Positions 29,025 through 38,533 are shown, counted from the first letter of the stretch. The stretch: 64,000 bases of DNA from Candidatus Poribacteria bacterium (GCA_965197475.1 CBDANF010000003.1:2048001-2112000); one strand, 5' to 3'. Program-made: numbers and translations. The notes: generated from the sequence alone by a model not told the origin.

Positions 29025-29190
29025 AACGTCTGAAACGATAATATTAACATGGAGACCTTTTGTACATTATATTATGGTCTTATCGGTTTAGACATCAGGG
29101 TGTCCCAAACCTTTATTCAGCGTGTAGAAGGTCTACCGAAAAGGATAGGGAACCCGATGAAAAATACGATATGCTTTTGATGGCATATCA
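29025..29190 (+). ncRNA. structured leader RNA: two adjacent hairpins with a 13-bp loop-loop pseudoknot, plus a third hairpin
   Basis: P1 29028-29046/29075-29093; P2 29094-29114/29140-29158; loop pairing 29053-29065/29122-29134; P3 29168-29189. The G-U pairs favour the + strand. Confidence 0.6.
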
Positions 29191-29210
29191 CCTTATAGAA
29201 GAAGTATAAA

Positions 29211-30056
29211 ATGCAAAGATTGAAATCAATTGGCATTGCAGTGGCGATGTTGTGTTTGCTGTGCCTCATCGTGGGTGTCAATAGTAGTGATGCCGATATT
29301 GAGATTGTGGAACTAAGGTCTTATAATGACACCACCGTAGAATACGATTATGGAAGCACATATTTCACCTTTTATGTCCGAACAAATGAGCCTTATGGTG
29401 GTCTGCTCTGGTATGTTGATGGGGATTGGGAATGGGGCACTCTGGGTGATCGTAGTAGTCAGGATCATTATTTCGGACTTAACCTCCCCGGAAGCATTAA
29501 GGGAAACACTTATGAGATAGAAGTTTTTGCCGTTGGAATAGCTCCTAATGGTCATCTTGTCCTCCCAACAGATGACACAGATACGGCTACCTACGATTTC
29601 ACTGTGTTGAAACCGATAGTAATTAGCGGCTTCCAAACGCCTTCGTGGGAGAAACCAAGAGTCACCGGTGTCTTCGGATATAACGAACTTACCCGGCACT
29701 ATTTCGACGGAACGAATATCATCATGGAGGGATGGGTCTATGCTTATAACCAAACCGGTGAAGACTGTTCCGCCACTGCCTGGTTCCGGCATACTGGTCC
29801 CAACGGGTTCCAAGAGGAACATCCCGCACCGAGAGGTCTATTTGGCCCTAACCAGCCGAGCAGATCGTATGGTCCTTATAGGGCCAAACCGATGAGACTC
29901 AATTATTTCGTCGGCGGACCGATCGGAGAGAATAGACCGCATACGTTAAATGCGCATATCCATCTTCAAGTGACTGGTAACGGGGCGGTAGATGTCTGGC
30001 ACGGCATAAATGGTTTTGATACCACGTTTACGTCTGCAGACAATCCATCTCCATAA
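29211..30056 (+). CDS. secreted beta-rich hypothetical protein
   Basis: N-terminal signal peptide (...VNSSDA), 281-aa ORF, no family recognised. Confidence 0.75.
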   Translation: MQRLKSIGIAVAMLCLLCLIVGVNSSDADIEIVELRSYNDTTVEYDYGSTYFTFYVRTNEPYGGLLWYVDGDWEWGTLGDRSSQDHYFGLNLPGSIKGNTYEIEVFAVGIAPNGHLVLPTDDTDTATYDFTVLKPIVISGFQTPSWEKPRVTGVFGYNELTRHYFDGTNIIMEGWVYAYNQTGEDCSATAWFRHTGPNGFQEEHPAPRGLFGPNQPSRSYGPYRAKPMRLNYFVGGPIGENRPHTLNAHIHLQVTGNGAVDVWHGINGFDTTFTSADNPSP

Positions 30057-30068
30057 CCCATTGTAACG

Positions 30069-30089
30069 GCAGGGGACGCGGTCCCCTGC
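30069..30089 (+). repeat. intergenic hairpin, repeated at 31167-31193
   Basis: GCAGGGGAC-gcg-GTCCCCTGC; both copies begin GTAACGGCAGGG. Confidence 0.65.
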
Positions 30090-30112
30090 AACCTCTTTTA
30101 AGGAGGATCCTC

Positions 30113-31156
30113 ATGCGTGGACAAAAAATTGTTTCGCTCTGTCTGCTGCTCTTGCTTTTGTCAACCTCGGCACACGCCAAAATCGTTTTTAGTTCTGTAC
30201 GCAACGGTGTAAAGGGTGTCTACGTGATGGACGATGATGGTAGCAACCAGACACTCCTCACAGAAGATAAAGAGTTACAACCATACCCCAGTTGCTGGTC
30301 TCCTGATGGTAAATGGATTGCGTTTAAGAGACGTGTCCGTAGGCATAAAAGGCCTGCCATTTTCTTGATGAATGCGGACGGCACGAACATCCGGCAACTC
30401 ACAGAAGACGATGGGAGTGATATCGGTAGAGTCTCATTTTCACCGGACGGTAAATCTATCGTTTTTAATAGGATAGTTCGGATAGACAACAGGGAGAAAT
30501 ACAGTATCACCGTGCTGAATATTGAGACGGGGAAAATGAAAGAAATCGCGAATATCAATGTTAGCTTCTGCGATTGGTCTCCGGATGGCAAGCATATTAT
30601 CTTTTCAAAGCCGCTGGAGGTTGCAGGCGGTGGAAACACAATCTGGATTATGAGCGCAGATGGACATAACCCACGCCCACTTGTCCCGGTACCACTGGAC
30701 GGGGGAGGAGTTATTCACAGATGGAAACAGAGATGGTCACCAGATGGTAAAAAGATTGTGTTTGCACAACGTGAGTATGCCTGGGAGAAAATACCCGGTG
30801 GAGGGACCGCGCTGATCGACAAGGCACATCGGTATATGATTTGCGATCGCAACGGAGAGAACCTTAGACGGCTACAGGTACCGAAAGAGTGGCGACCGCT
30901 CGGCATCGACTGGATGGATGACGGTAAATCCGTTGTTTTCAGTGCGTACGTCGGTATCCCTTTGAACGAACCGATACTGCATGGTTTTGTGTTCCCACCT
31001 GCAAATATCTATAAGTATCATATCAAAACAGGCGAGATTACGCAGTTAACAGACCATCCGGGCACAGATGGGGTACTGGATTGGATAAGCGATGATGTGT
31101 TATCTGTGACACCACACGGCAAAAAAAAAGTAACGTGGGGCGCGCTGAAAAAATAA
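30113..31156 (+). CDS. secreted TolB-like (PD40 repeat) beta-propeller protein
   Basis: Signal peptide ending AHA, repeated WSPDGK, C-terminal VTPHGKKKVTWGALKK. Confidence 0.88.
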   Translation: MRGQKIVSLCLLLLLLSTSAHAKIVFSSVRNGVKGVYVMDDDGSNQTLLTEDKELQPYPSCWSPDGKWIAFKRRVRRHKRPAIFLMNADGTNIRQLTEDDGSDIGRVSFSPDGKSIVFNRIVRIDNREKYSITVLNIETGKMKEIANINVSFCDWSPDGKHIIFSKPLEVAGGGNTIWIMSADGHNPRPLVPVPLDGGGVIHRWKQRWSPDGKKIVFAQREYAWEKIPGGGTALIDKAHRYMICDRNGENLRRLQVPKEWRPLGIDWMDDGKSVVFSAYVGIPLNEPILHGFVFPPANIYKYHIKTGEITQLTDHPGTDGVLDWISDDVLSVTPHGKKKVTWGALKK

Positions 31157-31252
31157 AACGCTCCGAGTAACGGCAGGGACACGTTCCCCTGCCATTTTTA
31201 CTTAAAAGTATGGCGGACTTTTTTTAATGAGAAGGTTTACGGTAGAGTCGTT

Positions 31253-31570
31253 ATGACAAATAGCAACTCTGTCATTCCACTTGAGGGGGTTAAAATTTCC
31301 TATAGTGCGCTTAATTTAACAAAGCCGTGCACACCCGTTTTGACCAACTCAGCGGAGGAATTCCGTTTTGAACGTGATGTGCCCGTAGGGTACTATCTCA
31401 CGCTAACAGCAAAAATAGCAAATCATCGCGAGATGCGTAGATATGTGGGGGAAATAGATGACGTAAAATGGTTTCTTGGCAGGCGTTGGCTTGGATTGCC
31501 TATATCATCGGGCACCCCAAAATGCCTTGATTTTGTCGTCTGTTTCCCCTCTATATGCACTAATCGCTAA
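31253..31570 (+). pseudogene. probable gene remnant (beta-sandwich, carboxypeptidase-regulatory-like fragment)
   Basis: VYGRV...IPLEGVKIS...TNSAEEFRF pattern; no signal peptide and a degenerate 3' end. Confidence 0.3.
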
Positions 31571-31609
31571 TGACTTACCATTTTATTTTGTTTTTGGAGA
31601 AAAATAAAA

Positions 31610-32844
31610 ATGCGTCAAAAATTGAGGCAGATTATCTGTAAGAGTGTTTTTCTTCTGTGTGGCTTGATACCCTTGCTTGCCGGGGCAGAAGTTCAATATC
31701 TCGGACTTGTTCACGAACCCCACTTTTCACCTAACGGTAGACATAATGCTGTGATTGTGGAGGACAGGTATCCTGGAGGATCGGAATTCTCGCTCATGTT
31801 GTTGACAATGAGGAAAGATGGATTTACTCGGCTAAATTCATATTGTCTAACGCCACGGTATGATGAATTTGTGTTGACTCCCGAAAGAAATATTGCTTTT
31901 GTGGTATTTGACACGTCAAATCATTATAGGGTTCAAGTGTATAACCCAAAGGAAAGAAAGATGGTCCACACCTTAGAATATGAGAGGGTCAAGATAACAC
32001 AACCCCAATTTTCTAAAGACAGGCGCGCCTTCTGTTATTATAGTGACTTTGATGCACATCCCTTCGCTTCACTAAAACAAAAAATTGAAGGAAAACTAAG
32101 ACCTAACGGGTGGGTGATCTATAGTAGTGATAGTGAGCGTGGACTTGCTGTCGCAAAGGATGGCAATGTTGTTTTTTCAAAGGAAAAGAAGGATGCCTTT
32201 ACAGAATGGGCCCCATTGAGAGACCTAAAAAACTTCCACAGTTTTTTACACAACCGATGCCAAAAATCGCTTTAGACACACAAATACATTGGGCCGCTGA
32301 TTCTAAATATGTCTATGTTTTAGATGAAACCGGCATCTGGCGACTTGAACTCGGAATTATCTATTTTCCGCTGTGGACAAAGGTTGTGAATTCCAATACC
32401 ATCACTCGCTTTCAACTTCCAAGGACAGGAACATATTTGCTGTACGAAACGCTACCGGATACCAATTCAAAAGGAGATGATAACTTCCTTATCAAGTTGG
32501 ATGACTTCTCAAAAGGTGTGTATGATCTACCAGATCCGCACAAACTCACGCGTGATATTTGGTTCGTAGATACCCGAGCAATCAACGAAAAGGAAGAGAA
32601 CGAAAAGCCCACAGTTGCAGAAACGGAAGCCGCCCAAGGGCCGATCTGGTTACTTGACGCGACATCTATACTTTCACCTACAAAAATTGTGCGCGGTTGG
32701 GGCGCATCCTTTAATCCTATAAGTGATAAAGTTATCAGTTATAGTACCTTTGAAGGTAACTATCTATTAAATCTTGAGAAGCCACCAACGAATCCCATGA
32801 TCCCAATAGGCAATGTCCTGTCAACACAGTGGGCATACGATTAG
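31610..32844 (+). pseudogene. secreted TolB-like protein split by a frameshift in the A-run at 32227-32232
   Basis: Signal peptide, PHFSPNG, PQFSKD and IHWAADS motifs. One extra A fuses the ORFs as ...LRDLKKLPQFF... Confidence 0.65.
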
Positions 32845-32972
32845 GTAGAGTAGACAACACTACCACTGTTGAAGCAAATAAAAAACAGGTAGGAATCTTC
32901 TGGGTATCTGCCTGTTCTTCTTCGGTATGCGGGATTGATAAAACAAATTCTTAAACGTTATATGCCCCGAAA

Positions 32973-34823
32973 TCAAGCACTCAATCCAAGTTCCTTACTG
33001 AGTTCCATCAATTTAGTGTTAATCTTTGTTTTGTCAATCTGGTTTTCACTCACAAACTCTTGGTATGGTCGCGGTAGTCTGTCTGGTAGCATTGCACGGG
33101 AATTCGCCTCCTGTAACGCCAGTAACGACATGAACATTTGCATCTCCGATGAATAGTTTGGCATAAAATCTGCTATCGCCTCGCGCAAATCTTCTTCTGT
33201 GAAAGCATTACGATTCTTGCGTTTTGCGATATTATGGCTCCGTTGTGCAATTTGCATAAGGTCGCTCACACTCACACCACGCAATTTGGCATCTCTTGCA
33301 ATTTCCTGATAATTCATCTCTTCACGTGTGTGGAACCGACAAAAAAACTGCAAAATCCCGCCCCGACTTTCCCGCATAGGGGGTAGCAGTACTAATTTGT
33401 GACTGAATATTTCAGGTCGTCGGAAAATAGGAGGTATTAAATCGGGACGACTTGAAGTACCGATCCATATCACCTTGCCATGCAAGGAAGCATCACTAAT
33501 AGCATTTGTAAGAATAGCAGGAAATGCGCGCTCCATGTTTCCTGTTTTCATACTTGTATGTGGGGATGCTTGTTCAACTTCATCCATAAAAACAACGACC
33601 GGTGCCAGTCCACGAATAAAGTTAATAGCGGAATTCAAGTTCCTCTCATAACTATTTCCATTATCATTAATGTTTATTGATACCTCGCTTATCTGACTCG
33701 CGTAACGGAGTCGGACAAATGCCATATTTGTCTGTCCAGCCAACATTCGTGCTGCAAAGATGTTCCCGTTGCCGGTAGGCCCGAGAAAAAGCACACCACG
33801 TGGCACACGCCTCAAATCCTGTTCTTTTAAACCGTCTGCAATGTCTTCAACAACCCTTGTTACATGAGTCGACCAATGCTGGCGCGGATTAGTAAGCGGT
33901 TCGTTAACTTCAATAATTCCGTGACTGAATGTCTTGACGCTTTCACGTCGATAGTTTGTGAGTATAGGTCCTTCTACTTTCTGTTTTAAAGATGCTGCGT
34001 GCCGCACCAGATCGTGGATGGCGAAAAGATTTAATCCAGCTGCATCTCGTGCTAATGTTTGTTTATCGCGTGCATTTCCAAGGTTTAATTGCACTTGCAC
34101 TTTCGCATCTGGAGAATCCTCTTGAGGTATTTCTTGCGGGATTTTGCTTAAATGCTCAATAAACTTCAGACGTTCATCATAATCTGGAAACGGTACTTCT
34201 ACGATAGGTATTTCTTGGTTCACAAGGAAATGTGAATGAATATCGTAAGTATTTTGCGTGAGAAGTAAGATAATATGCTTTTTTCTACGTATTTCCAGAT
34301 CTGATGCCCAATTTTGGAGTTGATAAAAGAAAAATTGTTGGTTGTCTTTCGCCCCCGTTTCAAACATAGGATGATTCGGTGCGATCTGTTCAAGATGATT
34401 GATTACCAAGCCTATCCTGACCCTGTCTTGTTTCAAGAGCTTATGCATTTTATTTGCCAAATCCTTCGTTGGTAATGGATCGCTTTTAAGAAATGGGTCC
34501 TCATTAAGTTTATTAAGTGAAAGTTGGCTATTAATTCTTTTTCGCATCTCAGTCTCTTCGGGCGGTTCTTGCTCTTTAGGAATAAGTCCTAAAATTTTCT
34601 GCGTTTCCAACCATTTACCTACCCTAGGCCACGTAAATCCTTGTGTTGCATTGTATCCGAGAACTAAACGACATCCTATCGTGTTCAGTTTCTCCATCAA
34701 ATAGTCTATAGCGGGTAAATAACCGTAAGCTTCATCGTACTGCAGATCACTTACATTAAAATGTAATAAAAATTGGTGTGCGGCGGCGACTTTGAATTGT
34801 GATTCAATGTTTTCCCAAAACAT
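32973..34823 (-). CDS. AAA+ ATPase family protein with a degenerate Walker A
   Basis: VPRGVLFLGPTGNGNI, Walker B VVFMDEVE and SRH-like TSSRPDLI. Confidence 0.8.
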   Translation of the reverse strand: MFWENIESQFKVAAAHQFLLHFNVSDLQYDEAYGYLPAIDYLMEKLNTIGCRLVLGYNATQGFTWPRVGKWLETQKILGLIPKEQEPPEETEMRKRINSQLSLNKLNEDPFLKSDPLPTKDLANKMHKLLKQDRVRIGLVINHLEQIAPNHPMFETGAKDNQQFFFYQLQNWASDLEIRRKKHIILLLTQNTYDIHSHFLVNQEIPIVEVPFPDYDERLKFIEHLSKIPQEIPQEDSPDAKVQVQLNLGNARDKQTLARDAAGLNLFAIHDLVRHAASLKQKVEGPILTNYRRESVKTFSHGIIEVNEPLTNPRQHWSTHVTRVVEDIADGLKEQDLRRVPRGVLFLGPTGNGNIFAARMLAGQTNMAFVRLRYASQISEVSININDNGNSYERNLNSAINFIRGLAPVVVFMDEVEQASPHTSMKTGNMERAFPAILTNAISDASLHGKVIWIGTSSRPDLIPPIFRRPEIFSHKLVLLPPMRESRGGILQFFCRFHTREEMNYQEIARDAKLRGVSVSDLMQIAQRSHNIAKRKNRNAFTEEDLREAIADFMPNYSSEMQMFMSLLALQEANSRAMLPDRLPRPYQEFVSENQIDKTKINTKLMELSKELGLSA

Positions 34824-35038
34824 ACTCTTTCTCCAGAGATAACTATATGTGTGGGGTAAGGTGCCCCTGCTACATTTCTTAAGTTCATAAACAATCGCTT
34901 AATTAATAGAATAACATAGAAACTCAACCAAAGTCAAACGATTCAGAGTTTGACAATAATCCTGATTTATGATACTCTATTTCTGTTTTACGGTTAATAA
35001 CAAATTTGAACGAAAGCATAGAAAAATGGAAAAATAAT

Positions 35039-35671
35039 ATGATTAGACCAATCACCGTAGGTATTATGGGAGGTTCCGCATCTGGAAAAACAACGTTCGC
35101 TACCGCTTTGGCAGAAAAGCTTACCGATTTTTCTCCTATCACGCTTCACCAAGACTCCTATTTTCGGGATTGGTCAGAATATTCCCCTCAAGAACGCGAG
35201 AAGGTCGTCACCGCTAATCATCCGGATGCAGTGCGCTGGGATGTGCTTATAGCAGATGTTGAAAAACTTCGATCTCGAAATCCAATTGAAACGCCTACAC
35301 CCGGCACCCGTGCAGCCCACCGTGGCGATGAAAAGAAAGTTACACAGCCGAGCGATGTCGTGATTGTGGAGGGACACCTCATCTTTTGGAACGAACACCT
35401 TCGTGAGTTAATGGACATCAAACTCTTCTTGGATGTTGACGCGCATGAACGCTTGCTACGACGAATGCTCCGTGATGTCGGCAAAAGTGGCGGCAATCTT
35501 GAGGGAGCGATAAATTGGTACAGACGGGATGTCCTCCCAAATTTCCCTATCTACACAGAGCCATGCAAAAAGTACGCTGATCTCATAATTCCGTTTTTGA
35601 ATGATAATCCTGTTGCATTACATACAGTTGCTGCAGGGATACGCACTCAACTTACTGATCGGAATGAATAG
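35039..35671 (+). CDS. udk: uridine kinase
   Basis: GGSASGKTT, QDSYF, NHPDA, IVEG and RLLRRMLRD motifs. Confidence 0.88.
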   Translation: MIRPITVGIMGGSASGKTTFATALAEKLTDFSPITLHQDSYFRDWSEYSPQEREKVVTANHPDAVRWDVLIADVEKLRSRNPIETPTPGTRAAHRGDEKKVTQPSDVVIVEGHLIFWNEHLRELMDIKLFLDVDAHERLLRRMLRDVGKSGGNLEGAINWYRRDVLPNFPIYTEPCKKYADLIIPFLNDNPVALHTVAAGIRTQLTDRNE

Positions 35672-35726
35672 AACCTACCTTCTCTGCCTATCCTAATCTA
35701 CTCACAACTCTACTATTATCACAACC

Positions 35727-35780
35727 CGCCTTTTTGGCATATACACCGTTTCAAAATGGCACGGATATGCCAATGTGGCA
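35727..35780. promoter_or_regulatory. putative enhancer (bEBP) sites
   Basis: Three TGCCA-N3-TGGCA-like 13-mers at 35727, 35749 and 35768, 100-150 bp upstream of a sigma54 promoter. Confidence 0.4.
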
Positions 35781-35880
35781 GATTCGTTTTTCATATAAAT
35801 ATAACTCGTTTCTATTAAATCTGTTAACCTTAGGCTATATTGAGGCATAACCACACATAATGAATGGAGAAGCGGTGTTT

Positions 35881-35968
35881 TGGCACATAAATTGCTTATA
35901 TCTATTAGTAGACGTAGTAGACGGCAAGAACTTTGGATAGGCTATCAAAAATTGGCATAAAATTTGCA
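35881..35968 (+). promoter_or_regulatory. two tandem sigma54-type promoters
   Basis: TGGCACATAAATTGCT (35881-35896) and TGGCATAAAATTTGCA (35953-35968), both GG-N10-GC. Confidence 0.7.
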
Positions 35969-36008
35969 CATTATGCTTACAGAAAACAATAATTTAAGGG
36001 GAAGAAAC

Positions 36009-36461
36009 ATGACAAATTTAGTGACACGCAGACCAATAGGAAACTTATTCAACCTCCACAACGAAATGGGGCGGATTTTCGGAGACTTTTTCACCTCTCA
36101 CACTGGTGGAGCGGATGAGCACAACACCTCTTGGGTTCCGACAGTAGACATCTCTGAAACGGAAAACGGTTTTGAAATTTACGCCGAACTCCCAGGGGTA
36201 AAAGAAAACGATGTCCAAGTCTCAGTAACTGAAAACCTGCTCACAATCAAAGGTGAAAAGCAGCAGGAAGAGAAGACAGATAACAAAAATTTCCATCGTG
36301 TAGAAACGCGGTACGGGAGTTTTCACAGAAGTTTTACGCTACCACAGCAAGTTAAAGCAGATGATATCAAAGCTGGATTCAGAGACGGTGTTTTGACTCT
36401 CAACATTCCAAAGGCAGAAGAGGCAAAACCGACTGAAATCCCGATCACAGTAAATTCTTAA
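36009..36461 (+). CDS. small heat-shock protein Hsp20 (intact)
   Basis: WVPTVDISET, AELPGV, YGSFHRSFTLP, DGVLTLNIPK and IxI motif EIPI. Confidence 0.93.
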   Translation: MTNLVTRRPIGNLFNLHNEMGRIFGDFFTSHTGGADEHNTSWVPTVDISETENGFEIYAELPGVKENDVQVSVTENLLTIKGEKQQEEKTDNKNFHRVETRYGSFHRSFTLPQQVKADDIKAGFRDGVLTLNIPKAEEAKPTEIPITVNS

Positions 36462-36472
36462 CCTCACAGAAC

Positions 36473-36511
36473 GGGCATGCCTCATTTACCGAATAGTTTT
36501 GAGGCATGTCC
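36473..36511 (+). terminator. intercistronic hairpin
   Basis: GGGCATGCCTCA...TGAGGCATGTCC. Confidence 0.5.
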
Positions 36512-36555
36512 TATATGATACAAGCAATAAACTATAGCATATAAGGAGAAGAAAA

Positions 36556-36927
36556 ATGACCTATTTGGCCTTACGCAGACCTTCAGGCAACCCGTTCAGA
36601 TTTTACAACGCACCGTTCGCTCTACAGCGCGTATTTACTCCGGCGAAAGAAAACAAATGGATGCCCTCTACAGACATTTCTGAAACTGATGGCAGCTTTG
36701 AAGTTCGTGCTGAACTCCCCGGCGTTACAAAGGACGATGTCCAGATTTCTGTCAAAGATGGCCTTTTAACGATAAAAGGAGAAAAGCGACAAGAAAAAGT
36801 TGACGACATCAAAGCCGAATTCAACGATGGTGTCCTGACGTTGTCCATTCCAAAACCGGAAGAGGCAAAGCCGAAAGAAATCCCGATCAGTGTTGAATCG
36901 TCTGTGGATTCTCCACAAGAGAACTAA
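36556..36927 (+). CDS. Hsp20 paralog with a 28-aa in-frame internal deletion
   Basis: KGEKRQEK joins directly to VDDIKAEF; the segment containing YGSF.RSF.LP is missing relative to the first paralog. Confidence 0.85.
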   Translation: MTYLALRRPSGNPFRFYNAPFALQRVFTPAKENKWMPSTDISETDGSFEVRAELPGVTKDDVQISVKDGLLTIKGEKRQEKVDDIKAEFNDGVLTLSIPKPEEAKPKEIPISVESSVDSPQEN

Positions 36928-36941
36928 AACATTTCACAAAA

Positions 36942-36977
36942 AACAGGGTTGGCACAATTAATTGTGTCAACCTTGTT
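36942..36977. terminator. hairpin or terminator after the second Hsp20
   Basis: AACAGGGTTGGCACAAT-ta-ATTGTGTCAACCTTGTT. Confidence 0.55.
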
Positions 36978-37078
36978 GACGTTGCAATACTTTTGCCGAA
37001 CATTTCAAAGGTATAATGGTCAAAAACAGTGAAAGAATAAAATGATTAGATTACAAATTAGATAAAGGAGAATTTTTA

Positions 37079-37765
37079 ATGAGAAATTCACAACAACATT
37101 GCCCCAGAGGTGATTTCCGAGGGGCACGGAGAGAACACCCCAGACAGGGTGGAGGTGGTAGAAGGAAAAATTACCGTCGTTCGGAACATCCTGAAGGGGA
37201 GAGACAGGGACCACCACAAGCAAGAGGTCCTCGACGACAACACCGACCTGAAGCACGTGGAAATTCGGAACAACACCGACCAAGAGCCAGAAGAAATCGT
37301 CGTCGCGCACGACAAGAAAACTTCAGACCGCATCACCCAATGAGCGATTTTTTCCTTCATCACAATAGGAGGAGACATGTATTTGAAGGGAGATTTGCAT
37401 TTGGTGGGAGAAAAAACAGAAAAAGAAAATCTGGTTGGCATCCATCAATTGAATTTTCTGTTTTTGAAGATAGGTTTGAAGTAATAGTTGAACTCCCCGG
37501 CGTTTCCCAAGACAGTGTCAATGTCTCTGTAACCAATAAATTATTGATAGTAAAAGGGAAAAAGCAGCGGAAGCAAACGGACGAAAAGCATAAGGTACGC
37601 AGGTCTGAATTGCGATACGGTAGATTTAAACGTGTACTTCCACTTCCACCGAGTGCTAAAGCAGATGGAATAAAAGCCGAATTCAAGGATGGTGTTTTAA
37701 CAATAGTGATTCCGAAAAAGGAAGATGCCAAACCGACTGAGATTCCGATCAACGCTGACGTTTAA
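37079..37765 (+). CDS. Hsp20 paralog with an Arg-rich disordered N-terminus of about 120 aa
   Basis: RBS AAGGAG; C-terminal alpha-crystallin domain (VELPGV, RYGRFKRVLPLP, DGVLTIVIPK, EIPI). Confidence 0.85.
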   Translation: MRNSQQHCPRGDFRGARREHPRQGGGGRRKNYRRSEHPEGERQGPPQARGPRRQHRPEARGNSEQHRPRARRNRRRARQENFRPHHPMSDFFLHHNRRRHVFEGRFAFGGRKNRKRKSGWHPSIEFSVFEDRFEVIVELPGVSQDSVNVSVTNKLLIVKGKKQRKQTDEKHKVRRSELRYGRFKRVLPLPPSAKADGIKAEFKDGVLTIVIPKKEDAKPTEIPINADV

Positions 37766-37813
37766 TCTGTTATATGTAATGCAAGGTTATCTTCCTTGCG
37801 ATAGTTAAAGAAA

Positions 37814-37844
37814 AGGCTAGTGCATAAAGCACCAGCCTGTTTTT
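37814..37844. terminator. bidirectional terminator between hsp20 and aquaporin
   Basis: AGGCTAGTGC-ataaa-GCACCAGCCT flanked by A and T runs. Confidence 0.55.
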
Positions 37845-37858
37845 ATTGCATTAACTAT

Positions 37859-38533
37859 TTACTCTGTCCCAGACTCTTTCTTTTTCAACACTCCGATATA
37901 GAGAAGTGCGGCAAGCACCGCTCCTACAAACGGACCGACAAAATAGAGCCAAAGATCAGCAAAATTTCCGCTGGCTATGGCGGGTCCCAGTGTCCGTGCA
38001 GGATTGAGTGAGGCACGTGTCAACGGGCCACCCATCAGGATGGCAAGCACCAAAGTTAGTCCGATTGCAAGTCCAGCAAAATTTCCGACTTTTCCGCTTA
38101 CGGCTGTATTGAAAATCGTATTGACAAGGAAGAAAGTCAGTATGATTTCAACGAAAAGCCCTTGAATAGGGGTAACCGTAAATGCTCCGCCTGCTTCCGT
38201 TGTTGTTAAAATCGTCACACCGAGATCACTTGCCATCGGTAGCACTGCTTTGAGCACCAACGCCCCTAAAATTCCACCAGCAAACTGAACAATCCAATAA
38301 CCTATGGCTACAGTAAATTGGATTTCACCTGCTACGAGGAGCCCAAGTGTCACAGCTGGATTGATATGCGTACCAGAAATATGTCCATACGCATAAGCAA
38401 ACGTTACAATGACTAATCCGTGTGCAAGTGCGACAGCAACTAAATTCCCTGGGCTAATAGCCAACGCGCCTGCACCGACAAAGATGAGCGCGAAGGTTCC
38501 GATAAATTCTGTTACTAAATTACGAGTATTCAT
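37859..38533 (-). CDS. MIP-family aquaporin
   Basis: Two NPA motifs (HINPAVT, SLNPART) and EFIGTF. Confidence 0.95.
   Translation of the reverse strand: MNTRNLVTEFIGTFALIFVGAGALAISPGNLVAVALAHGLVIVTFAYAYGHISGTHINPAVTLGLLVAGEIQFTVAIGYWIVQFAGGILGALVLKAVLPMASDLGVTILTTTEAGGAFTVTPIQGLFVEIILTFFLVNTIFNTAVSGKVGNFAGLAIGLTLVLAILMGGPLTRASLNPARTLGPAIASGNFADLWLYFVGPFVGAVLAALLYIGVLKKKESGTE

Noticed and set aside
35757-35771. Third sigma54 promoter TGGCACGGATATGC
   Set aside because: Spacing is GG-N9-GC, one base short.
37110-37343. Alternative-frame acidic ORF as the true Hsp20 N-terminus
   Set aside because: The Arg-rich frame has the RBS and is continuous with the alpha-crystallin domain.
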